A stretch of DNA of 64,000 nucleotides, from the NCBI GenBank assembly GCA_049603795.1, contig JBMYSY010000019.1, positions 2,870 to 66,869 on the forward strand, given 5' to 3'. A program made the position numbers and the translations under genes. Of the stretch, positions 6,581-16,386 are shown one piece after another (positions within the stretch are counted from its first letter, which is position 1; each line of letters opens with the position of its first letter). Origin of the DNA: Magnetovibrionaceae bacterium. Its GTDB lineage: Bacteria; Pseudomonadota; Alphaproteobacteria; Rhodospirillales; JBMYSY01. The notes under the pieces are model-generated. The model made no database searches. It saw nothing but the letters and a program-made list of their open reading frames with translations, and was not told the origin of the DNA.

Positions 6581-7747
6581 CTAAGGGAAGGTATAGATCT
6601 CCCGGATTTTGGAAATCCGGACCGCGCGGTTTGAGTTCCAATAAGGCCCTTCGGCGAAGCCGAAGTGATGCAGACCCACCACCCGGCCTTCCGCATTCAG
6701 TATCGGGGAACCCGATGATCCACCGTAGGTGTCACAGAGGTGGGAAAAGTCCGATCCTTCTGCGCGCCCATCGGCGACCGGCTCGACGACATTGCAGTCC
6801 TGCACCGAGACCAGCTTCGGATAGCCGGAAGGGTGCTGGATGATGATCAGGTCCTGGCCGCTTTGCGGATCAGTCCCCTCGATCGGTAAAACACCCCAGT
6901 CCTCCCCCGCCTTCCTGCCCGGTGCCGACCCGAGGCTTTGCGAGGCTTTCAATTCCAGAACCGCAAAATCATAAGGCCGGTTGCTCGCCTTTACGGATGC
7001 ACAGCGATATTGCTGGCCATTCTGCAAACGCCTTTCCGCATCATACTCATAGCCGAAAACCGCTACCGTGGTCCGGCAGATATCGGCCGTCGGGACACAA
7101 TGATGATTGGTCATCAGCAGATCGTTTGCGATCAGAAAGCCGGTGCAGTTGTGTGGCTTTCCGTCCTTTGTGAAGATCAACTTCGCCACCGAAGGTGACG
7201 CCTTGGAAATCACCGGATGATTCCGGTAGGCGCGGACGTGTTCCAGTTGGTAGGGCGGCGTGATCGATTCTGGGCGTGCGGCATCCTGCTGGAAAAGGAG
7301 CTGGTCGAGTGTAAATCGGACCTGCGGCGGCTCTACGGCGGTCAACCTGACTTGTACATAATCTCCGGGAATCATCAGGCTGGTATAGTCGGTTCTGTCG
7401 GAAAAATCGGTGCCGCTGACGGCTTCAACAAGTGAGCCCGCCGCGTCATAGAATGACAGAGTAAAGTCCGTCGTTTGAGCCGCGATGTCGGTGAAATAAA
7501 GCCGCACATATTCGGCTCCAGGTTGGTTCTGCTCGGTGATCCAGGTGTAATTCGGCCCAAATTTTGGTGGCGGGGATTCAGCCAGATCGACCTTCATCTT
7601 GAGATGAGCGGCCGTCCCGTCCGGATGGCTGTACAGTTCAAACGGATCCGCTTTAGCTGGTGCCACAGAAAGGGCAGCAAGGCAGATCAGCCCAAGACTC
7701 AGACCCTTGTCGCGTCGCAGATAGGATTTCCATAATCCGATAAACAT
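6581..7747 (-). CDS. Secreted trypsin-like serine protease (S1B, V8/Glu-endopeptidase-like)
   Basis: Signal peptide MFIGLWKSYLRRDKGLSLGLICLAALSVAPAKA. Triad contexts are TNHHC, DFAVLEL and GGSSGSPIL. Start chosen at the second ATG (GGAGAA upstream); the ORF extends to 7771. Confidence 0.85.
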   Translation of the reverse strand: MFIGLWKSYLRRDKGLSLGLICLAALSVAPAKADPFELYSHPDGTAAHLKMKVDLAESPPPKFGPNYTWITEQNQPGAEYVRLYFTDIAAQTTDFTLSFYDAAGSLVEAVSGTDFSDRTDYTSLMIPGDYVQVRLTAVEPPQVRFTLDQLLFQQDAARPESITPPYQLEHVRAYRNHPVISKASPSVAKLIFTKDGKPHNCTGFLIANDLLMTNHHCVPTADICRTTVAVFGYEYDAERRLQNGQQYRCASVKASNRPYDFAVLELKASQSLGSAPGRKAGEDWGVLPIEGTDPQSGQDLIIIQHPSGYPKLVSVQDCNVVEPVADGRAEGSDFSHLCDTYGGSSGSPILNAEGRVVGLHHFGFAEGPYWNSNRAVRISKIREIYTFP

Positions 7748-7803
7748 AGCTGATTTCTCCGGTACGGCCACAGGCGCTTTTCATGCGCCAGCGCCCTCAT
7801 AAC

Positions 7804-10071
7804 CTACCTTATTCGGGAAATGTATTCCTTGATGTCGCTGAGCTGGAATTGGACCGAGCCACGAGGCCCGAATTCATTTGTGTTGATCTTCGTTGTATTG
7901 GACTGTGTCAAAATATAGCAGTCAGAGTGTCGAATAAGTTTCGAGTGGTTTTTTCCACTTCGTTCCAAATAGAAGACAGTATACTTGAACGGTTCGTCTT
8001 TGATTTTGTGCATGCGCCGGACCCGGTCAAAGGCGATATGTTGGGGCTTCCCCCCAACCACACGGCATTGTATTTCCGGGACTTCCCAGTCCTCCAGTGT
8101 GCCAACCAAGGGTGCCGATCCGTCTCTCAGTTCCAAATAGTCCCGTTTGATGTCGATGGCGCGTGCCACGTTCAGGCGTCCGCTGTAGACGTCCTCGATC
8201 AAGTGATCAAAGACATCGGCTGTATACATCAACCTGTTCTTTAGGGTTCCGGCTTCCAATTTGCCGAGATTCGCCTCTAGTCCCGCTTCATAAGCCGCAT
8301 GGATCAAGGAGGCGGCAGCGGATACCTGGGGGGCGGCCATTGAGGTGCCGTTGGCGATCCCTGTGTAGTCGTGCCCAGCGAGGCTCAGCACGTTCTCGGC
8401 AACCGCAGCAATATCGAAGCCGGTACCATGATTGGAGCCTTGCCTGGAATCCCTCCGCCAAATTTCCGGGTGATCATGATTTGTGGTCAATCCAACAACC
8501 GAAATGATGTTTTGGGCTTTTTCACAGGCCGGGTTTTCCGGGCAGCCGGCTCCTCCAAACGGAACGCGACGATTATCATTTCCAGCCGATGTCACCAGGA
8601 GCTTCCGGGGAAGGTTCTCTTTGATGAACTCGACAAAATCATCGGTGAGTTCGGTCTTTTCCTCACCATCTTCAGAACCCAAATTTCTCCGGGGCACGTC
8701 GTAGCCCCAGCTCATGTTGATGACCCTGACATTCTTCCGCAAAACGCCGACGGCTATCGTATCCATAACGGCCTCGGCGGCGGCGGCATCCCTGAATGAA
8801 TCACGATTCAAATGTTTGAAGACGACCCTGCCATAGGGATTGAGGCCAACAATCGATTGCTGGTTCAGCATGCTCACCATCAAACCGGAAACATGCGTCC
8901 CGTGATGAAACCTGGTCAAAGGCAAAGGGGAAATGTCGCCGCAAGTGGGCGCTTTCGGCTGGTCCTCAGGCCCGGTGGCCGTCGGGCTGTCCATCAATTC
9001 GACCCGTCCGGCCAGTTCGCAGTGGTCGTCGTCAATCCAGTTGTCCAAGACGACGATCGGATTGTTGGCCTGCATCTCAGGCGGCAACTCAGGATGGATG
9101 GCAAACGGATGGGAGATGGCCTCAAGAAGGGGCTTCTGGTCTTGGTATCCGGGTTCAAGCTGGGCGCTCATTTTGATGTTACCGCCGCGGGGCAGCCCTA
9201 AAAGGTCCTGCTTTAAGGCCTGCAGGCCGATGAAAGCGGTATCGGCGGAAGCGATATAGGCGTTCCAGACCTCAGAAAACTGGTCAGTATCCCGGCTATA
9301 GATGCCTTTTTGCGCAGGAAACGGGGGCGAAGCAATCGGGATGTCCGCTCGCAGGCGGTAATAAGGCAACATCGGTTTGCTGGCGATTTCGGCCTCAAGG
9401 GCTTTTGGTTCCCAGGCATTCATATCCCTGACAACCGCGTCGCAGGGAGCGTCGAACAGCGGCTTACAATCAAAACTGTGCCGATCCAGGATGGTCCCCA
9501 GGCTTTCTCCCGCCGGTTTGGGTAAGCGCTTGAATTTCAGTGACTTGTTAATCTCCAGAGCGGGCACCACCAGGGTTTCCGCCGTGTCGATCCCGGGCCA
9601 GTAGGGATAGGATTTTTCAAATCCGCCGACATGGGATGTCACGTCGTCCAGCGTTTGGGATTTCACCCTTTTGCGCCTGCAGACGTCCGGGTTCAGATCG
9701 CAGAGAACGCTTTGAATACCTTTGTCGAAGAAGTCGCCGTAGAACAGACCCTGTTCGCGCATGATGGCTTCGATGGCGTCCTCGGTCAGTGCCCGGCCCT
9801 TCTCGATCTGGATCGTTTTCACCGGCAGTTTGCCGGTGTTGTAGAGCGACAGGTAAAGCCGCTCCATTCGCTGCGAGATCGGCTGGTCACTGAGCAGGTC
9901 CGTCCCCCAAAGCACGGTTTTGGGATGGACCGGATTCGGTTTTTCAGAGTTGGGTCCTCCAGGGGCCTCTTGAGCCCCGGCCTCGGGAACAACAGCGCCG
10001 ATGGGCAGCGCCATCATCACCAGCAAGGTGGTTAGCAAAAGCGAACGGGATCTGCCCTTGCTCAAAAACAT
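7804..10071 (-). CDS. Secreted subtilisin-like serine protease (S8) with a long N-terminal region and a C-terminal extra domain
   Basis: Catalytic contexts are VLDNWIDDDH, HGTHVSG and GTSMAAPQVS. Signal peptide MFLSKGRSRSLLLTTLLVMMALPIGAVVPEAGA begins at ATG 10071; the track ORF start at 10215 is rejected. Confidence 0.9.
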   Translation of the reverse strand: MFLSKGRSRSLLLTTLLVMMALPIGAVVPEAGAQEAPGGPNSEKPNPVHPKTVLWGTDLLSDQPISQRMERLYLSLYNTGKLPVKTIQIEKGRALTEDAIEAIMREQGLFYGDFFDKGIQSVLCDLNPDVCRRKRVKSQTLDDVTSHVGGFEKSYPYWPGIDTAETLVVPALEINKSLKFKRLPKPAGESLGTILDRHSFDCKPLFDAPCDAVVRDMNAWEPKALEAEIASKPMLPYYRLRADIPIASPPFPAQKGIYSRDTDQFSEVWNAYIASADTAFIGLQALKQDLLGLPRGGNIKMSAQLEPGYQDQKPLLEAISHPFAIHPELPPEMQANNPIVVLDNWIDDDHCELAGRVELMDSPTATGPEDQPKAPTCGDISPLPLTRFHHGTHVSGLMVSMLNQQSIVGLNPYGRVVFKHLNRDSFRDAAAAEAVMDTIAVGVLRKNVRVINMSWGYDVPRRNLGSEDGEEKTELTDDFVEFIKENLPRKLLVTSAGNDNRRVPFGGAGCPENPACEKAQNIISVVGLTTNHDHPEIWRRDSRQGSNHGTGFDIAAVAENVLSLAGHDYTGIANGTSMAAPQVSAAASLIHAAYEAGLEANLGKLEAGTLKNRLMYTADVFDHLIEDVYSGRLNVARAIDIKRDYLELRDGSAPLVGTLEDWEVPEIQCRVVGGKPQHIAFDRVRRMHKIKDEPFKYTVFYLERSGKNHSKLIRHSDCYILTQSNTTKINTNEFGPRGSVQFQLSDIKEYISRIR

Positions 10072-10186
10072 TGTGCGCAACCCTGAATAGCTGTTTACCA
10101 ATTTATTTCTCCAAAGATAGTATATTCTATATATGGCGACAAGAAGGCGAGTGCATTCAGTACGAAAGGTATGAAAGGAGTGGCCT

Positions 10187-11950
10187 ATGATGATCAGGGG
10201 GCTGGGTATTGGCATCTCTCGCCGGGTCTTTCTTCAGGGCGCGGCGGCTTTTTCCGCGACGGTGGGGCTTTCCGGCTGTTCGACGCTTTTCTGTTCCTCT
10301 GGACCACGATCGCCTGTCCGGCGATCCGGCATCGATGTGCATGCCCATGTTTTCAACGCGTCGGATTTGCCCGCCGGGTCGTTTTTCCAGCGCGTCATCC
10401 TGCATGATCACGAGGATACGTTTAAGCCGAAACCCGACGCGGCGGAGGAGGCGCTTCACGGCGAGCTGGCGCAGCTTATCGTCGATATCCTGACCCGTTT
10501 CGCCGTACTTGCGAAGGATGAATACAAAGCCATCACCCGGGGCGAACCGGCGGAGACTTCGGCCTCTATCCCCCTGACGGACAGGCAGGTTCTGCGGGAT
10601 GTTCTGTCGGGCCAACAAGGCGGTGGCCTGCCGCTTCCGCCCTTCCAGGACGACGGGACGGTCCCCGTCCTGCCTGGTGTCGGAGGGGGCCCGGAAAGCC
10701 TACCGGGCGGCAACCCGGGGGAAGCTGCTCCGGGTGGTCCCGCTTATCTGGAAACCCTGAAAGACCAACTTCGGCGGGAAGGGCTCTACACAAAAGGCCC
10801 GGAAGAGGCTTTTCTGGTCGATGATATCGTCGAGGCGCTGCTGAAAAGCGTCAGCAGCATCGGTCGGACGGTGCGCTGGGCCCTATTGCTGCTCCGAAGC
10901 AGGCGGCACATCGTTGATCAATTGGTCAAGAGCTATGGCGGTCCGGGCGGTATCGAACTGTTCACACCGGCCCTGGTGGATTTCAGCCATTGGCTGGATG
11001 AAGACGACGCCACACGTTCGCCCTTTGACGATCAGGTTCTGGTCATGGACGAGATCCAGCAGCTCCAAACCGGCCCTTCAATGTTGCACTGCTTTGCACC
11101 CTTTAATCCGCTGGCACAGTTCTTCGCGGAACCCAATGCTGAAACGCCACTGGACCTGGCGAAGCGCGCCGTCATGGAGCACGGGTTTATTGGTGTCAAA
11201 CTCTACCCGCCGATGGGCTTTTTCCCGATTAACAACAGCCAGTACCAGCCGACCTTACCGGAGCGTTTCGATAAGCCGGGGACGAGAGAGAAGATCGTCT
11301 CAGGTTTGGATAAGGCCCTGGAGGAGCTCTACACCTGGTGTATCGAAAATTCGGTGCCGGTCATGGCGCACGCCACCGACAGCAACGCGGCTTTCAAAGG
11401 AACGGGGGAGCGGGCCAATCCGGAATACTGGCTGGACGTTCTGGGCGATGCCCGGTTCAAGGACCTTCACCTCAACCTCGGGCATTTTGGCGATTTCGAA
11501 GAAGCTTTCGAAAAAGATCCTTCAAAGCCCTGGGAACATGTGATCGGCGGTGCCTTCAAGGGTGGTGCGAAATCGCTTTTCGCCGACATGAGCTACCTGA
11601 GCGAGATTTTGGGCTCCAACACCACCGAAAAGCATCTCGGGAAACTCAACAACGCCCTCAAGGCCTATATCGCGAACTATGATGAAAAAGCGGAAAGCCT
11701 GATGTACGGCAGCGATTGGGTCATGCTGGGACGGGAGCCGGAATATGAGAACTATATCGGCCGCTTCACCGATTTCCTGGTCGAGGCGGAAATCGATCAG
11801 GCCCGCCAACACAGGATCTTCAAGGGCAATGCCGTCCGCTTCCTCGGGCTTGCCGAAAATGGCGAGAACCGGAAACGCCTGGAAGACTACTATTATAAAC
11901 ACAGGGACACCCTGGATGCGGACAAGCTGCATACTTTTGATGACGCCTGA
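10187..11950 (+). CDS. Amidohydrolase-family (TIM-barrel metal hydrolase) Tat-exported lipoprotein
   Basis: Twin-arginine signal with lipobox: SRRVFLQGAAAFSATVGLSGC. GIDVHAHVF and the C-terminal GSDWVM...NAVRFLGL are typical of amidohydrolase_2. It is divergent from the S8 gene. Confidence 0.8.
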   Translation: MMIRGLGIGISRRVFLQGAAAFSATVGLSGCSTLFCSSGPRSPVRRSGIDVHAHVFNASDLPAGSFFQRVILHDHEDTFKPKPDAAEEALHGELAQLIVDILTRFAVLAKDEYKAITRGEPAETSASIPLTDRQVLRDVLSGQQGGGLPLPPFQDDGTVPVLPGVGGGPESLPGGNPGEAAPGGPAYLETLKDQLRREGLYTKGPEEAFLVDDIVEALLKSVSSIGRTVRWALLLLRSRRHIVDQLVKSYGGPGGIELFTPALVDFSHWLDEDDATRSPFDDQVLVMDEIQQLQTGPSMLHCFAPFNPLAQFFAEPNAETPLDLAKRAVMEHGFIGVKLYPPMGFFPINNSQYQPTLPERFDKPGTREKIVSGLDKALEELYTWCIENSVPVMAHATDSNAAFKGTGERANPEYWLDVLGDARFKDLHLNLGHFGDFEEAFEKDPSKPWEHVIGGAFKGGAKSLFADMSYLSEILGSNTTEKHLGKLNNALKAYIANYDEKAESLMYGSDWVMLGREPEYENYIGRFTDFLVEAEIDQARQHRIFKGNAVRFLGLAENGENRKRLEDYYYKHRDTLDADKLHTFDDA

Positions 11951-11977
11951 GGAAGGTTGAAGTCGGCTCAAGCGGAC

Positions 11978-12889
11978 TCAAGACGGCAGGGATTTCACGA
12001 TCCGCCGCAGCCATTGGTGCGCTGGATCGGCGGTAAAGCGTTCGTGCCAGATTTGACTGATGGTGAAGGGCGGCATTGTCAGTTCGTCCGGCAGTTCGAC
12101 CAGCACCAGATGGTCCGTCATCACCTCCCGGGCCAACAGCTCCGGTACCGTCATGACGAGATCTGTTGAGGACAGCACGGCGCTGACGGTCAGAAAATGG
12201 GTGACCCGAAGCGCGATCTGGCGCGAAAGGCCGTTGTTTTTCAGTAACGCGTCTATGCGCCCGCCGCCCTTTCCCGTGACGCTCAACAAGGCATGGGATG
12301 CGGCGGCAAACCCTTCCAGGGTCATGGCCTCTTCCGCCAGGGGATGGCCTTTTCGCATCAGGCAGACCGAGCGATCCTGGATCAGCGCCTGGGCCCTGAC
12401 GTTATCCAACTGCGGACCCTGGTCGATTACCCCGAAGCCGAGGTCGATATCGCCCGCGTTCAACTCGGCGATTGCCCGATCGGAAAGATGTTCCATCTCG
12501 ATCCGAATGCCCGGGGCCAGTTGGAAAACCCTCGCCAACACCTTCGGCAAGATCATCTGGGCGAGATAATCAGGGGCCATGATGCGGAAGCGGTCTTTCG
12601 CCGTTGCCGGGTCAAACACCACGGGCTGAAAGACCAGAGACAACCGGTCGATTGCGTCGCGCACCGGTTCGCGCAAGCCCTCGCCTCGGGGGGTCAGGAC
12701 CATGCCGCGCCCGGACCGCACCAATATCGGATCCTTCAGGACATGTTGCAGCCGCCCCAAGGCCCGGCTCATGGCCGGCTGGGAAAGGTTGACGCGCAGC
12801 GCAGCCCTGCTGACGCTCCCGGTTTCCAACAAGGCCTCAAGCGCCTTCAGCAGGTTCAGGTCGATGCCCGATAAATTACCATCACGCAT
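11978..12889 (-). CDS. LysR-family transcriptional regulator
   Basis: N-terminal HTH IDLNLLKALEALLETGSVSRAALRVNLSQPAMSRAL plus a LysR substrate-binding fold. It is divergent from the NmrA-like gene. The start could be 12907. Confidence 0.9.
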   Translation of the reverse strand: MRDGNLSGIDLNLLKALEALLETGSVSRAALRVNLSQPAMSRALGRLQHVLKDPILVRSGRGMVLTPRGEGLREPVRDAIDRLSLVFQPVVFDPATAKDRFRIMAPDYLAQMILPKVLARVFQLAPGIRIEMEHLSDRAIAELNAGDIDLGFGVIDQGPQLDNVRAQALIQDRSVCLMRKGHPLAEEAMTLEGFAAASHALLSVTGKGGGRIDALLKNNGLSRQIALRVTHFLTVSAVLSSTDLVMTVPELLAREVMTDHLVLVELPDELTMPPFTISQIWHERFTADPAHQWLRRIVKSLPS

Positions 12890-13005
12890 GAGTGATATAT
12901 AAACCATGCACTAAAGTAATTCATAGATCTCTCTTAGCTTTGGGTCATCAAGAGCCACCGCTGGATATCACTCACCCCGAAGACCCCGTTAAAGGAGACA
13001 CCATC

Positions 13006-13869
13006 ATGTTGGTCATCTCAGGCGTAACCGGAAACACCGGTTCCATTGTTGCCGACACCCTTCTCGCCCAGGGGCAGGCCGTCCGCGTCCTTGTCCGCTC
13101 CGCTGAAAAGGGGCTGCCTTGGAAGGCCAAGGGTGCAGAGGTCGCCATTGCTGACATTGATGATTTAGGCGCCGTAACAGCCGCCTTGGAAGGGGCCAGT
13201 GGGGCCTACTTCCTTCTGCCACCGGACCTGACCGACGAAGCCTTCATCGACAGGAGCCGTAAGCGTGCCGAGATCCTGGCCGAAGCGGCTAGATTAGCCC
13301 GACTGCCCCAGGCTGTCGTGCTGTCCTCGGTCGGTGCCCAGTACCAGGACCGGGTGGGGCCCATTGCGACCCTTTCCTACCTCGAAGATTTGTTCATCAA
13401 GGCGGGGATCCCCTTAAGCGCCGTTCGGCCCGGCTACTTCTTCGGCAACCTGAAGGAAATGCTGCCAACGGTCCTGGAAGCCGGGGTCTACCCCAGCATG
13501 GTCCTGCCTTTGGACTTCAAGATTGACATGGTGAGCGCGGAAGACATCGGCTTGGCCGTTGCCGAAGCCCTGGTCAATCCGACCTCTGAGCCGCATCGCG
13601 TGATTGAACTGAAAGGTGCTGCCCGCTATTCGGCAATTGACGTCGCCGCTGCCTTTTCAAAGGCCCTGGGGCGGGAAATCCTGCCGGTACCGGTCCAGCC
13701 GGAGACCTGGGTGGATCAGTTGACCCAGGCCGGTCTGCCCGGCCAGACGGCGGAAGCCATGGCCGAGATGCACGAAAACATCAACAATGGCCGGATCGAT
13801 TTTGTCGATCCGAATGCCCGGAAAGGAACCGTCAACCTGGACGATTTCGTCTCCCGCCTGGTTGCTTAG
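13006..13869 (+). CDS. NmrA-like / NAD(P)-binding (atypical SDR) protein
   Basis: AAAGGAGA RBS. MLVISGVTGNTGSIVADTLL is a Rossmann GxxGxxG-type N-terminus. Confidence 0.85.
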   Translation: MLVISGVTGNTGSIVADTLLAQGQAVRVLVRSAEKGLPWKAKGAEVAIADIDDLGAVTAALEGASGAYFLLPPDLTDEAFIDRSRKRAEILAEAARLARLPQAVVLSSVGAQYQDRVGPIATLSYLEDLFIKAGIPLSAVRPGYFFGNLKEMLPTVLEAGVYPSMVLPLDFKIDMVSAEDIGLAVAEALVNPTSEPHRVIELKGAARYSAIDVAAAFSKALGREILPVPVQPETWVDQLTQAGLPGQTAEAMAEMHENINNGRIDFVDPNARKGTVNLDDFVSRLVA

Positions 13870-13942
13870 AGCCTGATCGAAGAAAGCCGAATCAGTCTCC
13901 ATCAAGGTTTTAGAGGGCGATTCAAGAACGCCGGGAAGGGCT

Positions 13943-14842
13943 CTAGCAGGGAAAGAGGATTTCTTGCGGTTTGGGTGCCAGCTCGATCTCGACCGGCAGG
14001 TTTCCGACGATCTCTCCGTCGGCTTGAACGGGTTCCGACGGGTCTCCCTCGATGGTGATCCGGTTGCCGGGAATGATGGCCACATCCGCCATTTCGGGGA
14101 GCTTGCCGGCCAAAAGCGCGATCCCATGCTTCGCCACATGGTAGCGTCCGCCCTTCAGGAAAAGGCAGACATGGAAGCCGGGGGTCTCGAGTGAGGCCTC
14201 CGGTGCCATGATGTTAGGGCCGCCGTAATAGCGCATATTCGCGACGGTAACGGCTGCTGCCGAGAAGGGCTTGCCGTCAATGGTGACCCGATAGTCCGCT
14301 CGACGCCCCTGGACGAAACACTTGAAGCCGTTCCAGACGTAGGCCCGCTGACCGATCTTTTTCTTCAATGCGGAATTGGTCGCCGCGACCACATGGGCAT
14401 CGAAGCCGGCCCCGGCCATCATCAGAAACTGACGGCCATTGGCGAGACCGGGGTGGATCCGGCGCGCCGGCCCCCGGGTCATGATCCGGGCGATCACTGA
14501 AGGATCTTTGGGAATGCCGACTTCGAGCGCGAGCACGTTCGTCGTCCCGGCTGGTATGATGGCAAGCGGAGGGGCCTGATCGCCAAGGCCGTCTGCGACC
14601 TCGTTGATTGTGCCATCACCGCCAGCGGCGGCCACCAGATCAAAATCCCGGGCGGAAATCGCTGCGGCCATTTCCTGGGCACCATTCGGGCGGGTTGTCT
14701 CCCGGACTTCAACGGCGCACCCTTCGGCCTCCAGGGCATCGAGGATGGCCTTAAAACCGGTTGCCGAGCGGTTGCCGGCGACGGGATTGCGGATGATGGC
14801 AATTCGGCGACGAAAGGCGACTACGGGACTAATGATATTCAT
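13943..14842 (-). CDS. Diacylglycerol-kinase-family lipid kinase (YegS/BmrU-like)
   Basis: IAIIRNPVAGN and AAGGDGTINEV are DAGK catalytic-domain motifs. Start chosen at MNIISPV. Confidence 0.85.
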   Translation of the reverse strand: MNIISPVVAFRRRIAIIRNPVAGNRSATGFKAILDALEAEGCAVEVRETTRPNGAQEMAAAISARDFDLVAAAGGDGTINEVADGLGDQAPPLAIIPAGTTNVLALEVGIPKDPSVIARIMTRGPARRIHPGLANGRQFLMMAGAGFDAHVVAATNSALKKKIGQRAYVWNGFKCFVQGRRADYRVTIDGKPFSAAAVTVANMRYYGGPNIMAPEASLETPGFHVCLFLKGGRYHVAKHGIALLAGKLPEMADVAIIPGNRITIEGDPSEPVQADGEIVGNLPVEIELAPKPQEILFPC

Positions 14843-15006
14843 TGAGGCGACTTTGAACTTCTTCGGATGACATCCGATTCTCACCCGGCCTAAGACGGTA
14901 ACGGGCGAAAAATCCTTTGCGATCTTGACACTGTCCCGGTTCGGAACCTGTATCTCAGGCCAACGGCCCTGACAGTACGACCCATATTACAGAAAGATTA
15001 CAGTCC

Positions 15007-16011
15007 GTGAAACACGTGAAACGAGTCGCGATCATCCTGTTTCTCGTTGGCTTGGCCGGCGCAATCGCCCTGATCTTGTGGCAGGGGGCCGAAGCCGTTT
15101 TCGCCAGTCTTGCCGCCGGCGGTTTGGGGCTTTTCGGCATGATCCCTCTTTTCGTGCCGCCTTTGCTTGCGGCGGTTCTGGGATGGTGGCTGCTTTTTCC
15201 GGTCGACTGTCGTCCGGGTTTCGGTACGGCCTTCTATGCGGGCTGGCTTGGTCAGGCCATGAACAGCCTGTTGCCCGTGGCCCAGGTTGGCGGCGAAATC
15301 GTCAAGGCGCGGATTGTGGCGGGAAAGGGCCTGCCCGGCGCGATTGCCGGGGCCGCATCGGTGGTCGACAAAACCGCCCAGGCGATTGCACAAATGCTTT
15401 CAGCGCTGATCGGCATGGCGCTTTTGAGCGTCATCGCCAAGGCCCAGGGGCAGATGCTCTTGGCCATGGCTGCGGCCACCGTGATCATCTGCGCCCTGAT
15501 CTACGGGTTCTACCGGGTGCAGAAGGCGGGGTTGTTTCCACTGCTCGCGCGGATCATCAAGAAGCTGGCCGACCTGGCAGCAAAGGGCAAGACCAGCAAT
15601 CGCTTGGAAAGTCTGACAGGTGGGGCGCAAGCGATGGAAACCGCCATCCAGGAAATCTATGGTCGACGTCTGGCTTTTCTTCTGGCCTGCCTGCTTCGCC
15701 TCGCCAACCGACTACTGATGGCTGCGGAAATCTGGCTGGCGCTTTGGTTGATTGGGTATCCCGTGACGCTGGCAGAGGCGCTTTTGCTGGACAGCCTGAA
15801 CCAGACGGCCCGCTCTGCAGCCTTTTTCGTGCCCGGCGGCCTCGGCGTTCAGGAAGGCAGCTTTGTCCTGATCGGCCTCCTGATCGGCCTCCCGCCCTCT
15901 GCCGCCCTCGCCGCCTCGCTCGCAAGGCGGGGACGCGAGATCATCACCGGCGTACCGGTCCTGCTGGCCTGGAACTGGGCCGAACTGAAAACGCTGCTCG
16001 CTTCCCGGTAA
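15007..16011 (+). CDS. Integral membrane protein, UPF0104 / lysylphosphatidylglycerol-synthase TM-region-like
   Basis: GTG start. It has several TM helices and resembles the flippase-like domain family. It is divergent from the lipid kinase. Confidence 0.7.
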   Translation: MKHVKRVAIILFLVGLAGAIALILWQGAEAVFASLAAGGLGLFGMIPLFVPPLLAAVLGWWLLFPVDCRPGFGTAFYAGWLGQAMNSLLPVAQVGGEIVKARIVAGKGLPGAIAGAASVVDKTAQAIAQMLSALIGMALLSVIAKAQGQMLLAMAAATVIICALIYGFYRVQKAGLFPLLARIIKKLADLAAKGKTSNRLESLTGGAQAMETAIQEIYGRRLAFLLACLLRLANRLLMAAEIWLALWLIGYPVTLAEALLLDSLNQTARSAAFFVPGGLGVQEGSFVLIGLLIGLPPSAALAASLARRGREIITGVPVLLAWNWAELKTLLASR

Positions 16012-16386
16012 AAAAGACATCCAAGTACAAAAACGACTATTGTGTCGATCGAGAGCGGGCTTGGATCGTCTTGTCCCGAGGGGCAGTGATTGGAACCTAT
16101 CCGGATCGTGTCCCCGAAGGCGCTTGTCGATCTTAATCGAAAGAATAAGCCCTTGTGCGCGTGGATGGACTTTGAAACACTTGTGAAAACAGTTAGATGA
16201 ATGCAGAAAGCTGGAGTAGGTTTCGTCGCAATTGGGTCACTAAGACGAAAACCTCTCTAGGACCTAATTCCGGAAAAAGGCGACAATGTTGGGCAAAATC
16301 AACGCGTCGTTGGGACCTGCCGTGCAAAATGGTGCACAGGTGCCGAGCCCTTTTCTACCAATCGGTACAGGGCGGGTGAGCGCTTC

